From positions 1 to 39,662 of the IMG/VR virus record IMGVR_UViG_3300017650_000018: DNA of 39,662 bases; one strand, written 5' to 3'. Positions 16,514 to 26,074 of the stretch are shown piece after piece (within the stretch, counting starts at the first letter, position 1; every line of letters starts with the position of its first letter). The notes beneath the pieces were generated by a model that worked only from the letters and a program-made list of their open reading frames with translations, was not told the DNA's origin and did not search any database. Both the position numbers and the translations under genes were made by a program. Source of the DNA: a virus. Taxonomy: Duplodnaviria > Caudoviricetes.

Positions 16514-16673
16514 TCAGGTTCCTGGGTGTCAGCAGCGGACGGAGTCCGGCAGTTTTTATAAGTGATCGGACCGTGGGCATGTGCTTCGGGTCGTTGTGGC
16601 CAATGCCACCCCTTCACAGTACGCGCGTTACCACTGATAACCTAAGTCTCAATTGAAACAATCTAACCCGCCG

Positions 16674-17057
16674 TCAATCGCGCTCTTTACCCATCTTTGA
16701 TCGCGCTTTTGCGAAAATGCACTCGAGTAGAGTGCTCAGGTGCGCGGGTTTTGTGAGCCAAGCGTCAACACCGTCCGGCAAAAAGCCCGGGCCGCATTGC
16801 CGCACGCTGCCGCTGAAAATGATGATCCGGAGGGTGCCGCGTCCGTGCATCGCCTTGAACTGGGGCGCGAGGTCGAGACCAGAAGCGTCGGGTAAATCGA
16901 CATCGAGCAGAACCGTATCGGGTTGGAAGTCGGTCATGGCGCGTAGTGCGGTTGCACCGTCGCCCGCAATCTGGACCGATACGCCCGGCTCCATCATCAA
17001 GCATTCAGCGGTCAGTTCCGCCGCTATGGTGGCGTCGTCCACGATCAGAATACGCAT
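16674..17057 (-). CDS. Single-domain response regulator (CheY-like receiver)
   Basis: RILIVDD acidic pair, LLDVDLPDASGLDL phospho-Asp motif, switch Ser (FSG) and TKP Lys; AAGGAG SD; no output domain. Confidence 0.92.
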   Translation of the reverse strand: MRILIVDDATIAAELTAECLMMEPGVSVQIAGDGATALRAMTDFQPDTVLLDVDLPDASGLDLAPQFKAMHGRGTLRIIIFSGSVRQCGPGFLPDGVDAWLTKPAHLSTLLECIFAKARSKMGKERD

Positions 17058-17079
17058 TGCGGTGATCTCCTTCTACCAC

Positions 17080-17148
17080 TCACCTCATGAGATCCGCACC
17101 AGCCAATAGACGGGCGACGGGGCGTTTACCGATTTCGCGGAGCCCCAT
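17080..17148 (-). CDS. 22-aa uORF upstream of the receiver gene (not in ORF track)
   Basis: MGLREIGKRPVARLLAGADLMR* with AAAGGAG SD. Confidence 0.45.
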   Translation of the reverse strand: MGLREIGKRPVARLLAGADLMR

Positions 17149-17262
17149 CTTACTCTCCTTTCGATATCGCGGCCTGCGCTGCGTTGGATTCGCGAAGGGG
17201 TAAACATCGCCGTCCGGCGGCGCGCAGTAGCTAGCACCGGCAAGACCACATAGGGAATCGGC

Positions 17263-17595
17263 ATGAAGCTAATGACACTAAAGCCGCGCATTGCAATGGC
17301 GAGCAGTAGGTTGGCCGCAGCGCCCACGCCCAGCGGCAAGCGCATGACGGGCCGCAAGCTGCAAGACCGCCGGTTGCGTGTCTGGTCTGCTGACCCACAC
17401 TGCGCCCACTGCGGCGCGCTGACCGTGTACCCCGAGGGATTCGAGCTGGACCACAAAGTCAGCCTGAACGACGGGGGCGCGGATACCGACGCGAACTCGC
17501 AGGTGCTGTGCGTTTCGCGCGATGCGCACGGTCGCAAGGTCGGTTGTCACGACGTCAAGACCCGGCAGGACATGGGATACAGGAGCCGGACGTAA
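17263..17595 (+). CDS. HNH endonuclease (terminase-associated)
   Basis: CAHC...ELDHKV...N...LC...CH...KT; located upstream of terS. Confidence 0.9.
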   Translation: MKLMTLKPRIAMASSRLAAAPTPSGKRMTGRKLQDRRLRVWSADPHCAHCGALTVYPEGFELDHKVSLNDGGADTDANSQVLCVSRDAHGRKVGCHDVKTRQDMGYRSRT

Positions 17596-17766
17596 ATGGC
17601 ACAGATCACTGTCAAGCTTTCCCTTCGCGTCGCGTGGTGGGTCCGCTGGTATCTGGCCTGGGTCGCTGTCGCGGCACGCCTGACCGGCGCACCGCCAAAC
17701 ATCGTCAAGGTCGAGCGGGATCAGTCGCGGCCTGTCCGCACACAGTCAGCAGCAGGCCGTAGGTAG
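17596..17766 (+). CDS. Small hydrophobic phage protein (56 aa)
   Basis: MAQITVKLSLRVAWWVRWYLAWVAVAARL...; AGGAG SD; starts immediately after the HNH stop. Confidence 0.5.
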   Translation: MAQITVKLSLRVAWWVRWYLAWVAVAARLTGAPPNIVKVERDQSRPVRTQSAAGRR

Positions 17767-17869
17767 CCGCTGCCGCGAAGCTGTGCCGAAGGGTCAGCGG
17801 CTGCGCGGTCGCGTCCTGTAGGGCCCGTGCGCGGGTCGCTGGGGCATCGGCGCGGGGCAGCGCGGGCGT

Positions 17870-17990
17870 CAGGCAGGGGGGGCGGGGCGAAAGTCGGGCG
17901 CGATCGCCTTCCGGAAACCACCTGTTCCCTCACGCACAGAAAATTTCCCCATTTTGGAAAATTGTTAACCCTTATTTGTTAACCAAAACC
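17870..17990. other. Putative cos/packaging initiation region
   Basis: Non-coding G-run plus AT-rich tract between HNH and terS, the usual cos position in HK97-like phages; exact nick site not determinable. Confidence 0.55.
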
Positions 17991-17991
17991 T

Positions 17992-18522
17992 ATGGCATTA
18001 ACCGACAAAAAGCGCCGATTCGTTGATGCGCTGCTGTCGGGTCTATCCGGTGCGAAAGCCGCTATCCATGCGGGTTACAGCGAAAACGGGGCGGCCCAAG
18101 CAGCCGCCCGATTGATGCGTGACAAGCATGTGCTGGCGGCGCTTGGGCGCACGGCCCAAGTTAACAAATCGGTTAACAAAAAACCGGTTAACAAAACGGC
18201 CGCTCAGGCCGAGCCGGCATCGCCGGATGGCGGCCCCCAAGACACAGCCGCCGGCACTGATCTCATGGACGGAATCGGCCTGAAAGCTCTCGGGCTTACC
18301 TCGGATCCGCGGGCCGTTCTCGTCGCCATCATGAACGATGCGGGGGAAGAGCCGAAGCTTCGGCTGGAGGCAGCCAAAGCGCTCATGCCTTTCACGCACG
18401 GGAAAATTGCAGAACTGGGCAAGAAGGGCGCAAAGCAGGAGGCGGCAAACAAGGCTGCTACCGGTGGGCGATTCGCGCCGCCACCGCCTCCCACGCATCT
18501 ACGCGTTGTCGGGAAGGGGTAA
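17992..18522 (+). CDS. terS: Terminase small subunit
   Basis: LTDKKRRFVDALL...AAIHAGYS...AARL HTH. Confidence 0.9.
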   Translation: MALTDKKRRFVDALLSGLSGAKAAIHAGYSENGAAQAAARLMRDKHVLAALGRTAQVNKSVNKKPVNKTAAQAEPASPDGGPQDTAAGTDLMDGIGLKALGLTSDPRAVLVAIMNDAGEEPKLRLEAAKALMPFTHGKIAELGKKGAKQEAANKAATGGRFAPPPPPTHLRVVGKG

Positions 18523-18525
18523 ACC

Positions 18526-20232
18526 ATGGCCTGGACAACCGCTTGCCCTGATTGGGCGGAACGCCTGCGCACGCGACAGTCGATCATTCCGCCGCCGATC
18601 TACCCCGACCAAGCCGAGTATGCGCTGGGCATCTTCAAGCAGCTCAAGGTCGTAGATCTGGCGCAGGTCTACGACGAGGCCAGTGGAACGTACCGACACC
18701 AGACCTTCGGGGAGTGCTCTGAAGAATGGGTATTCGACTTTGTGCGGGCGATCTTCGGCGGATATGACGCCGCCACCGGCAAGCAACGGATCCGGGATTA
18801 TGGCCTGCTGATCAGCAAGAAGAACACGAAATCGACTATTGCCGCCGGCATCATGCTGACGGCGGTAATCATCTGCTGGCGCCAGGAAGAGGAACACTTG
18901 ATCCTGGCCCCGACCAAGGAAGTCGCAGACAACAGCTTTAAGCCAGCAGCCGCGATGGTTCGGGCGGACGAGGAACTGTCCGACATGTTCCACGTTCAAG
19001 ACCACATCCGCACCATCACTCACCGGACGACGCGCAATAGCCTCAAGGTGGTGGCCGCCGACACCGATACGGTATCGGGCAAGAAGTCCGGCCGCATCTT
19101 GGTCGATGAATTGTGGCTATTCGGCAAGCGCGCTAACGCGGTGGCGATGTTCCTGGAGGCGCTCGGCGGCCAAATATCGCGTGATGAAGGCTGGGTAATC
19201 TACCTGACCACACAGAGCGACGATCCGCCGGCGGGTGTCTTCAAAGAAAAGCTCGCCTACTGGCGCGACGTGCGAGACGGGCGGGTGGTCGATCCGAAGA
19301 CGCTGGGCATCCTGTACGAGTTTCCGGAAGAAATGGTCGAGGCAAAAGCCTATCTCGACCCGGCCAACTTCTACATCACCAATCCGAACCTCGGCCGCTC
19401 GGTCAGCGCCGAATGGTTGGGGGATCAGCTCAAGCTATTGCAGGCCAGAACGGACGGAGCATTCCAACAATTCCTTGCCAAGCATCTGAATGTCGAGATT
19501 GGACTGAGCCTGCGTTCTGACCGTTGGGCGGGTGCCGATCACTGGCTAAAGCGGGGGAAGCGCGTACTGACGCTTCGCGCGCTGATGGAGCGTTCCGAAG
19601 TTGTCACGGCCGGTATCGACGGCGGCGGCCTGGATGACCTGCTGGGCCTGGCATTTCTCGGGCGCGAGCGTGGGTCGGGAAACTGGCTGCATTGGGCGCG
19701 AGCCTGGGCACACCCGTCTGTCCTGGAGCGCCGCAAAGAGATTGAGCCCAGGTTGCGCGATTTCGAACGGGCCGGCGAGCTGGTCATAGTCAAGCAGATC
19801 GGCGATGACACGGCAGAACTGGCGGCCCTCATCCGCCAGGTGTATGACGCGGGGTTGTTCCCCGAGAAATGTGGCATCGGTGCCGACCAAAACGGCGTGA
19901 CCTTCAATGACGCGCTGGTAGAAGCTGAAATCCCCGAGGAATTGATCGTCGGTGTGTCGCAGGGCTGGAAGCTGGGCGGCATCATCAAGACGGTGGAGCG
20001 CAAGCTTGCCGAAGGCACCTTCGTACATGGCGATCAGGCTCTGATGGCTTGGGCCGTTGGCAATGCTCGTATCGAACTGCGTGCCAACGGCATCTTGATT
20101 ACCAAGCAGGCCAGCGGCACCGCGAAGATCGATCCCTTGATGGCGACATTCGATGCAGCGCAATTGATGGTCCTTAATCCCGAGGCCTCCGGCCGGTCGG
20201 TATACGAGTCCCGCGGGATTCGATTCATCTGA
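18526..20232 (+). CDS. terL: Terminase large subunit
   Basis: SKKNTKST Walker A, ILVDELW Walker B, C-terminal KIDPLMA nuclease motif. Confidence 0.95.
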   Translation: MAWTTACPDWAERLRTRQSIIPPPIYPDQAEYALGIFKQLKVVDLAQVYDEASGTYRHQTFGECSEEWVFDFVRAIFGGYDAATGKQRIRDYGLLISKKNTKSTIAAGIMLTAVIICWRQEEEHLILAPTKEVADNSFKPAAAMVRADEELSDMFHVQDHIRTITHRTTRNSLKVVAADTDTVSGKKSGRILVDELWLFGKRANAVAMFLEALGGQISRDEGWVIYLTTQSDDPPAGVFKEKLAYWRDVRDGRVVDPKTLGILYEFPEEMVEAKAYLDPANFYITNPNLGRSVSAEWLGDQLKLLQARTDGAFQQFLAKHLNVEIGLSLRSDRWAGADHWLKRGKRVLTLRALMERSEVVTAGIDGGGLDDLLGLAFLGRERGSGNWLHWARAWAHPSVLERRKEIEPRLRDFERAGELVIVKQIGDDTAELAALIRQVYDAGLFPEKCGIGADQNGVTFNDALVEAEIPEELIVGVSQGWKLGGIIKTVERKLAEGTFVHGDQALMAWAVGNARIELRANGILITKQASGTAKIDPLMATFDAAQLMVLNPEASGRSVYESRGIRFI

Positions 20233-20240
20233 GAGAACCC

Positions 20241-21527
20241 ATGAAATTACTGGACCGCTTGCTGGGCGGCTCGGCGGACGAGTCGGCGCCTGAAGCCGGC
20301 CCACGGCTTGAGCCCACCATTGCTCTAGAAAGCGCGCAGGCGTCGGCGCAGCCCAGGGGGCAGGCGTTCCGAGGCTTGGATGATCCAGCGCTGCTGGAAT
20401 ACATCCGCAGCGGCGACTACAACGGCCGGGTCGAGTCGCTACGGAACATGGCCGCACTGCGGTGCGTGTCGCTGATCGTCACTTCACTTGGCATGTTGCC
20501 GCTCAACCTGATTCGAAACGACGCATCCAAGGCGCCAGCGAAAGACCACCCAGGATATCGGCTGATGAAGCTCAAGCCGAATGGGTGGCAAACGCCCTTC
20601 GAATTTAAAAGCATGATGCAGCTGCATGTCCTGCAGCAAGGCAATGCCTACGCCAGGGTTATCTGGTCAGCTGGCAGGCCGATCGCCCTGGTGCCAATGG
20701 CGCTCGGGTCCGTCAAGGCCGAGCTTGTGGGCTGGGAAATGCGTTATACGTACACCCGGCCGGATGGCCAGCAGGTAAAGCTATCACAGAAGGAGGTGTT
20801 CCATCTGCGGGACATCACCATTGATGGGGTGGAAGGGCTGGGCCGTATGAAGCTCGCGCGCGATGCCATCTCACTGGCGCGCGACGCCGAACGCGCCGCT
20901 GGCCGCGTATTTCGGACGGGCAACCTGGCGGGCGGCGCCGTGGAGGTGCCCAAGGCACTATCGGACACGGCCTACGGGCGAATGCGCAATTCCCTGGACA
21001 CGGATTTTGCGGGCGCGGAGAACGCTGAGCGCTGGATGTTGTTGGAGGAGGGCGCCAAGGCAAACAAGTTCAAGGTTACTGCAGCCGAAGCGCAGCACAT
21101 CGAGAACCGCAACGCCCAGATTGAAGAGGTGGCGCGCGCATTCGGCGTGCCGCGGCCCCTCTTGATGATGGACGACACCAGTTGGGGGTCGGGCATCGAG
21201 CAGTTGGGAATTTTCTTCGTGCAGTACGGGCTGCAGTTCTGGTTCACGGCGTGGGAACAGGCGGCGATGCGCGCTTTCCTTACTGACGAGGAACTGGACG
21301 AGCTGGCCTACAAGTTCAACGAGCGGGCTCTGATGCGCGGCACGTTGAAGGACCAGGCGGACTATTTCGCCAAAGCATCTGGCGCCGGCGGTCATGCCCC
21401 GTGGATGTGGCAGAACGAGATTCGCGACCTGTCAGACCTACCCGCGAGCGATGACCCGCAGGCAAACAAGCTACGCGATCCCATTACCCAAAAAGGAAAA
21501 CCCAATGAGCCTGCTGCAACTGCCTGA
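20241..21527 (+). CDS. HK97-family portal protein
   Basis: KPNGWQTPFEF, GNAYA, VFHLR and EVARAFGVP motifs. Confidence 0.95.
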   Translation: MKLLDRLLGGSADESAPEAGPRLEPTIALESAQASAQPRGQAFRGLDDPALLEYIRSGDYNGRVESLRNMAALRCVSLIVTSLGMLPLNLIRNDASKAPAKDHPGYRLMKLKPNGWQTPFEFKSMMQLHVLQQGNAYARVIWSAGRPIALVPMALGSVKAELVGWEMRYTYTRPDGQQVKLSQKEVFHLRDITIDGVEGLGRMKLARDAISLARDAERAAGRVFRTGNLAGGAVEVPKALSDTAYGRMRNSLDTDFAGAENAERWMLLEEGAKANKFKVTAAEAQHIENRNAQIEEVARAFGVPRPLLMMDDTSWGSGIEQLGIFFVQYGLQFWFTAWEQAAMRAFLTDEELDELAYKFNERALMRGTLKDQADYFAKASGAGGHAPWMWQNEIRDLSDLPASDDPQANKLRDPITQKGKPNEPAATA

Positions 21528-22344
21528 GATTAAGGCGGACGCCCGTCTGGGTGCCGCCGGCTTCGATCTGCGCCCGGACGCGCTGGAGCGGTGGGCGCCC
21601 CAAGTGCGCGCTGCCGGCACGGACGAAGAGGCCACCATTTCCATCTACGACGCCATAGGGGAAACCTGGGATGGCAGCGGCGTGACGGTGAAGCGCATTC
21701 AGGCCGCGCTGCGTTCCGTCGGGGGCAGGGACGTGACGGTGAACGTGAATTCACCTGGCGGCAATTTCTTCGAGGGCGTCGCTATCTACAACGCTCTGCG
21801 CGAGCACAAGGCCAAGGTCACTGTCAAGGTATTGGGACTGGCGGCATCTGCCGCTTCAGTCATTGCCATGGCGGGAGACGAGATCCTAATGGGTCAAGGA
21901 TCTTTCCTGATGATCCACAACGCCTGGGCGGTCGCAATCGGCAATCGCCATGACCTGATGGAAGCCGCGGCGAAGTTGGAGCCGTTCGATGATGCGATGG
22001 CGCAAGTCTACGCCGCCCGAACGGGGATGACTCCCACGCAGGCGGCGGCGCTGATGGACAAGGAAACGTGGATCGGCGCTGATCAGGCTGTGGAGGATGG
22101 GTTCGCCACAGGCGTCTTGGACGGTGCCGCCGTCATCCAAGCGCCACAGTCCAGCGTGGAGCGGCGCGCGCTGGCGCAAGTAGAGGCCGCCATGGCGCGT
22201 GCCGGCTACAGCCGGACATCCAGGCGCGACACCTTCAAAGCACTTTTTTCCGGCAAGCCGAGCGCTGCCACAACCTCCACGCCGTGCGCTGGTGACGACG
22301 TAGCAGCCCTGCTGCAAACCACACTTTCAACCCTCCGAGGTTAA
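21505..22344 (+). CDS. ClpP-like (S14) prohead protease
   Basis: NVNSPGG, LAASAASVIAMAGD, MIHN, ETW; AAGGA SD before ATG 21505. Confidence 0.93.
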   Translation: MSLLQLPEIKADARLGAAGFDLRPDALERWAPQVRAAGTDEEATISIYDAIGETWDGSGVTVKRIQAALRSVGGRDVTVNVNSPGGNFFEGVAIYNALREHKAKVTVKVLGLAASAASVIAMAGDEILMGQGSFLMIHNAWAVAIGNRHDLMEAAAKLEPFDDAMAQVYAARTGMTPTQAAALMDKETWIGADQAVEDGFATGVLDGAAVIQAPQSSVERRALAQVEAAMARAGYSRTSRRDTFKALFSGKPSAATTSTPCAGDDVAALLQTTLSTLRG

Positions 22345-22346
22345 AC

Positions 22347-23591
22347 ATGAAGCAACAATCGAATGCCCGCGTATCCCGCGGGCTGGTCTCCGTACGCGCT
22401 GACGCCGGCGGTCCTGGCGACGTCAGGGCCCTCATCGAGCAGCTGAACCAGGCCTTCGCCACGTTCAAGGATGAGCACACGAAGCAGCTGGACGAGGTCA
22501 AGAACGGGACGCACGAAGCGCTGCAAGCCTTCAAAGTCGAGAAGATCAACGCCGACATCAGCCGGCTCCAATCGGCCATCGATGACGCCAATCTGCAGAT
22601 CGCTTCGGCCCAGATGGGCGACGGTAGCGGCCATCGCCTGAAGGATGCCGAATACAGTGAAGCATTCAATGCCCACTTCAAGAAGGGCGATGTGCAGGCG
22701 GCCCTGAACAAGGGCGCGGCCGACGAGGGCGGCTACCTCGCTCCGGTGGAGTGGGACCGCACCATCACGGACAAACTGGTGCTGGTCTCGCCCATGCGCC
22801 AGTTGGCAATGGTTCAACCCGTTTCTGGCGCCGGCCTCACCAAGCTGTACAACCTGGGCGGCACGGCTTCGGGCTGGGTCGGCGAAACCGCAGCGCGTCC
22901 GCAGACAAACACCGCTGGCTTTGCCTCGCTGGGCTTCGGCTGGGGCGAGATCTACGCTAATCCTGCCGCCACCCAACAGCTGCTGGATGACTCCGCGATC
23001 AGCCTGGAAAGCTGGCTCGCCGGCGAGGTGGAAACCGAGTTCGCCAAGCAGGAAGGACTGGCCTACGTATCGGGCGACGGGGCGAACAAGCCCTTCGGCA
23101 TTCTGACCTACATCCAAGGCGGCGCCAATGCCGCGAAGCATCCCTTCGGCGCGATCAAGGTGGTGAACAGCGGTGCGGCGGCGGCCATCACGTCGGACGG
23201 CATCATCGACCTGATTTACGACCTGCCCTCAGCCTTCACGGGCAACGCGCGCTTCGCCATGAACCGCAAGACCCAGGGCCAGGTCCGCAAGCTGAAAGAC
23301 GGCCAAGGCAACTACCTGTGGCAACCGTCCATGGTGGCGGGCCAGCCCTCCACGCTCGGTGGCTTTCCGCTCACCGAGGTACCGGATATGCCCGATGCGG
23401 TGGCCGGTGCGGCTGCGGTGTTGTTCGGGGACTTCAAGCGTACCTACACCATCTACGACCGCGTGGGCGTGAAGGTGCTGCGTGACCCCTACACCAACAA
23501 GCCCTTCGTGCTGTTCTACACGACCAAGCGCGTCGGTGGCGGCGTCCACAACCCCGAGCCGATGCGCGCGATGAAGATCGCCGCGGCCTAA
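22347..23591 (+). CDS. HK97-fold major capsid protein
   Basis: Delta-domain coiled coil, GGYLAP, KLKDGQGNYLWQP and FGDF motifs. Confidence 0.95.
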   Translation: MKQQSNARVSRGLVSVRADAGGPGDVRALIEQLNQAFATFKDEHTKQLDEVKNGTHEALQAFKVEKINADISRLQSAIDDANLQIASAQMGDGSGHRLKDAEYSEAFNAHFKKGDVQAALNKGAADEGGYLAPVEWDRTITDKLVLVSPMRQLAMVQPVSGAGLTKLYNLGGTASGWVGETAARPQTNTAGFASLGFGWGEIYANPAATQQLLDDSAISLESWLAGEVETEFAKQEGLAYVSGDGANKPFGILTYIQGGANAAKHPFGAIKVVNSGAAAAITSDGIIDLIYDLPSAFTGNARFAMNRKTQGQVRKLKDGQGNYLWQPSMVAGQPSTLGGFPLTEVPDMPDAVAGAAAVLFGDFKRTYTIYDRVGVKVLRDPYTNKPFVLFYTTKRVGGGVHNPEPMRAMKIAAA

Positions 23592-23645
23592 ACACCCCGA
23601 GGGAGGGCGTCAGCTGGACGCCCTCCCGCATATGAGGAGATTTAC

Positions 23646-23900
23646 ATGCCGAAGCTGATCAAGGCATTCCGTGGTGTCCCGAAAGGCGCCATTTACCCCG
23701 TGGCCTATGAGGCGGGCCAAGATTGCCCGCCTGAACTGGAGGCCGGCGCGCGTGAGTTGGGCGCGCTGGAAGGGGTAGAGGAAGAGTCGGACGAAAAGAA
23801 AGACCTGATGGCCCAACTGGACTTGGCGCAAATCAAGTATGACAAGCGCTGGGGCCTGGACAAACTGCGCGCCGCCCTGGCCGAAGGCCAGAAGGACTGA
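23646..23900 (+). CDS. Small head-associated hypothetical protein
   Basis: 84 aa with GAGGAG SD; C-terminal helix-extension-helix-like segment. Confidence 0.75.
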   Translation: MPKLIKAFRGVPKGAIYPVAYEAGQDCPPELEAGARELGALEGVEEESDEKKDLMAQLDLAQIKYDKRWGLDKLRAALAEGQKD

Positions 23901-23902
23901 CC

Positions 23903-24379
23903 ATGCCGCTGCTGACGCCTGAAGAGTGTATCCAGCATTGCCGCGCAGAACCGGAAGACGGACCGATGCTCGAATCGCTCCTGGCATCGGCAGAATGCGC
24001 GGTGGAAGGCTACCTCAACAGAGCCGTATTCGCCGACGCGGACGAGCTGAGCGCGGCTCAAGATGCGTTGCCACTGGCGGCCGGCGCTGCTCAGGATGCC
24101 TATGACGCGGCAATGGCGAACGTCTCCAGTTTGGCCAACGTGGCCGCGCAAGAGATGGCTGTATTCGTGGCGCGTGAGCGCCTGGCCGCCGCAAGGCTCG
24201 AGTTTAGCCGCGTGCTGCACGGAATGGTGGCAAACCCGCGCATTTATGCGGCCGTCAGGCTGACTCTGGGGAATCTGTACGCAAATCGCGAGCAGGTTGT
24301 CGTCGGAGCCGCAGCGGCCGAGCTGCCGCAAGGCGTGCCGGAGCTGTTGAAACCGGATCGAAGGACGATGATGCCATGA
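23903..24379 (+). CDS. Head-tail connector (HK97 gp6-like)
   Basis: HCR...AVEGYLNR...AVRLTLGNLYANRE. Confidence 0.88.
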   Translation: MPLLTPEECIQHCRAEPEDGPMLESLLASAECAVEGYLNRAVFADADELSAAQDALPLAAGAAQDAYDAAMANVSSLANVAAQEMAVFVARERLAAARLEFSRVLHGMVANPRIYAAVRLTLGNLYANREQVVVGAAAAELPQGVPELLKPDRRTMMP

Positions 24380-24711
24380 GAGCCGGAGAGTTAAATCAGC
24401 GTGTGAGTCTTCTCAGAAACGAGCCAGACTCCGATGCGGCGAACGATCTGGTGGACAATTGGGTCAGCGTGTCGGATCACTGGGCCTCGGTTCGCTATGT
24501 CTCCGGACTGGCAACCATTCGGGCGGGGGGCGAGCTTTCCATCGTGAAGGCTAGCATCCGGATGCGAATGATTCGGACCTTGGGCGCGGGCATGCGAATC
24601 CGGCATGCTGCGGACGTCTACACCATCGAGGCCGTTCTGCCGGACAAGACTGGCAGGATTTACGTGGATTTGGTATGCCGCCGCCTGATGCCACGGGAGC
24701 TGACGGAATGA
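24376..24711 (+). CDS. Head closure / head-tail joining protein
   Basis: MRAGELNQRV...WASV...GMRI...YTIEAVLPD. Confidence 0.88.
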   Translation: MRAGELNQRVSLLRNEPDSDAANDLVDNWVSVSDHWASVRYVSGLATIRAGGELSIVKASIRMRMIRTLGAGMRIRHAADVYTIEAVLPDKTGRIYVDLVCRRLMPRELTE

Positions 24712-25199
24712 GGGCGGTACGAAAGTTCAAGGCGAACTCTGCTTCCTTCAGTTTCGACGGCGACATTGAAAAGCAAGTCGCCCAATTTTTCGACCGAGTA
24801 AAGCAAGAGGCCGTTCGCCCGGCGGCGCACGCAATGGCCATCGTCTTGTATGACGAGATCAAGGCGCGGGTGCCGGTGCGCATGGGAAAGCTGCAGGAAG
24901 CCATTTATAGATGGTTCGATGAAGGCGCATCCGACGGAGACCGGAAGGTCTACATGGTTGGGGTCAACAAGCGCAAAGCTCCGCATTGGTGGCTTGTCGA
25001 GCATGGGCATTGGAGGCGATACGCCGTCGCGCTCGGCCCCGATGGGTGGAAGACGCTGAAGAATCGCCCCTTGCGTACTCCCGTTTTCGTAGCCGCGCAG
25101 CCGTACCTAAGGCCTGCCATTGACGCCAAGTTAAAAGCCGCGGGCGAGGCGGGCCGCAAACGCCTGGCTGAAAAGATAAGGGAGATCCAGCATGGTTGA
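24708..25199 (+). CDS. HK97 gp10-like neck protein
   Basis: VPVRMGKLQEAI...WWLVEHG...AQPYLRPA. Confidence 0.85.
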   Translation: MRAVRKFKANSASFSFDGDIEKQVAQFFDRVKQEAVRPAAHAMAIVLYDEIKARVPVRMGKLQEAIYRWFDEGASDGDRKVYMVGVNKRKAPHWWLVEHGHWRRYAVALGPDGWKTLKNRPLRTPVFVAAQPYLRPAIDAKLKAAGEAGRKRLAEKIREIQHG

Positions 25200-25542
25200 A
25201 GCTCTGCTCGTGCAGACCCTCGGGCCGATCTTTGGAGGGCGGATTTATCCAGACGCGGCTGAGGGCGACACGCCGATGCCTTTTGCGATCTTCCAGCAGG
25301 TCGGGGGCGCTTCAACGGTGTTCATGGATGGCGCCCTGCCGGACAAGCAGAACGCCCGTATGCAGGTAACGGTCTGGGCGAAGGGGCGGGCGCAAGCCTC
25401 AGCGCTGATCAGCGCAGTGCAGGCGGCGTTATGCGCAGCCCCCGTGTACGCCACTCCCCTGGGCGCTCCCGTGTCGCGCCGTGACGACGAAACCGGCTTC
25501 AAGGGCGCGGAGCAGGATTTCAGCGTGTGGTACGCCCCATGA
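25192..25542 (+). CDS. Tail terminator (DUF3168-like)
   Basis: GRIYPD...PF...QQVGG...RMQVTVWA; synteny. Confidence 0.8.
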   Translation: MVEALLVQTLGPIFGGRIYPDAAEGDTPMPFAIFQQVGGASTVFMDGALPDKQNARMQVTVWAKGRAQASALISAVQAALCAAPVYATPLGAPVSRRDDETGFKGAEQDFSVWYAP

Positions 25543-25979
25543 CGACTCCGAATGTATTGGCCGGCGCGACGGTGGCGCTTTGCCCGGACCTGCCGGCCGC
25601 GCTCGATGCCGCTGGATTCAGTGGGCTGGCGTTCAAACAGGTCCGAGGGGTACGCGTCTTTGGTGCTCTCGCTTCGCAGTATCAAACCGTCGCCTATCAG
25701 CCCATCGGGGCCAAGGTCTCGTTTCTCCGTCGAGTCGCCAGGGCGCCGCAATCGCTGCAATTGGACCTTTACCGAATCGCCGATGCTGGGCAAGACCTGT
25801 TGCGTAGCGCAGCCGCGGAGGACCGGCAATACAGCTTCCGCATCGACGTGCCTCAGATCGGCCCGCATTACTTCGTGGCGAAGGTCTCCAGCCGTTCGCT
25901 CTCGGGCGGCACGGGCTCGGACCTGGCCGCCCTCAGCGTGACGCTGGAGCTTGAAAGCGCCGTTCTTGAGCCCTCGTAG
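25539..25979 (+). CDS. Tail-tube-fold protein (short paralogue)
   Basis: 146 aa; aligns by eye with the tube domain of 26075-26722. Confidence 0.7.
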   Translation: MTTPNVLAGATVALCPDLPAALDAAGFSGLAFKQVRGVRVFGALASQYQTVAYQPIGAKVSFLRRVARAPQSLQLDLYRIADAGQDLLRSAAAEDRQYSFRIDVPQIGPHYFVAKVSSRSLSGGTGSDLAALSVTLELESAVLEPS

Positions 25980-26027
25980 CCCAGCAACACAAAGCCCAAC
26001 CTATGCCCTCTCTTGGGCACATCCCAC

Positions 26028-26052
26028 AACCCGCCTCGGCGGGTTTTTTTTC
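26028..26052 (+). terminator. Intrinsic terminator between the two tube genes
   Basis: AACCCGC-CTCG-GCGGGTT followed by a T-run. Confidence 0.7.
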
Positions 26053-26074
26053 GTCCCTTGATAGGAAAACCACT

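Noticed and set aside
23600-23627. Strong hairpin after the capsid gene as a terminator
   Set aside because: No U-tract follows; more likely an mRNA-stabilising stem.
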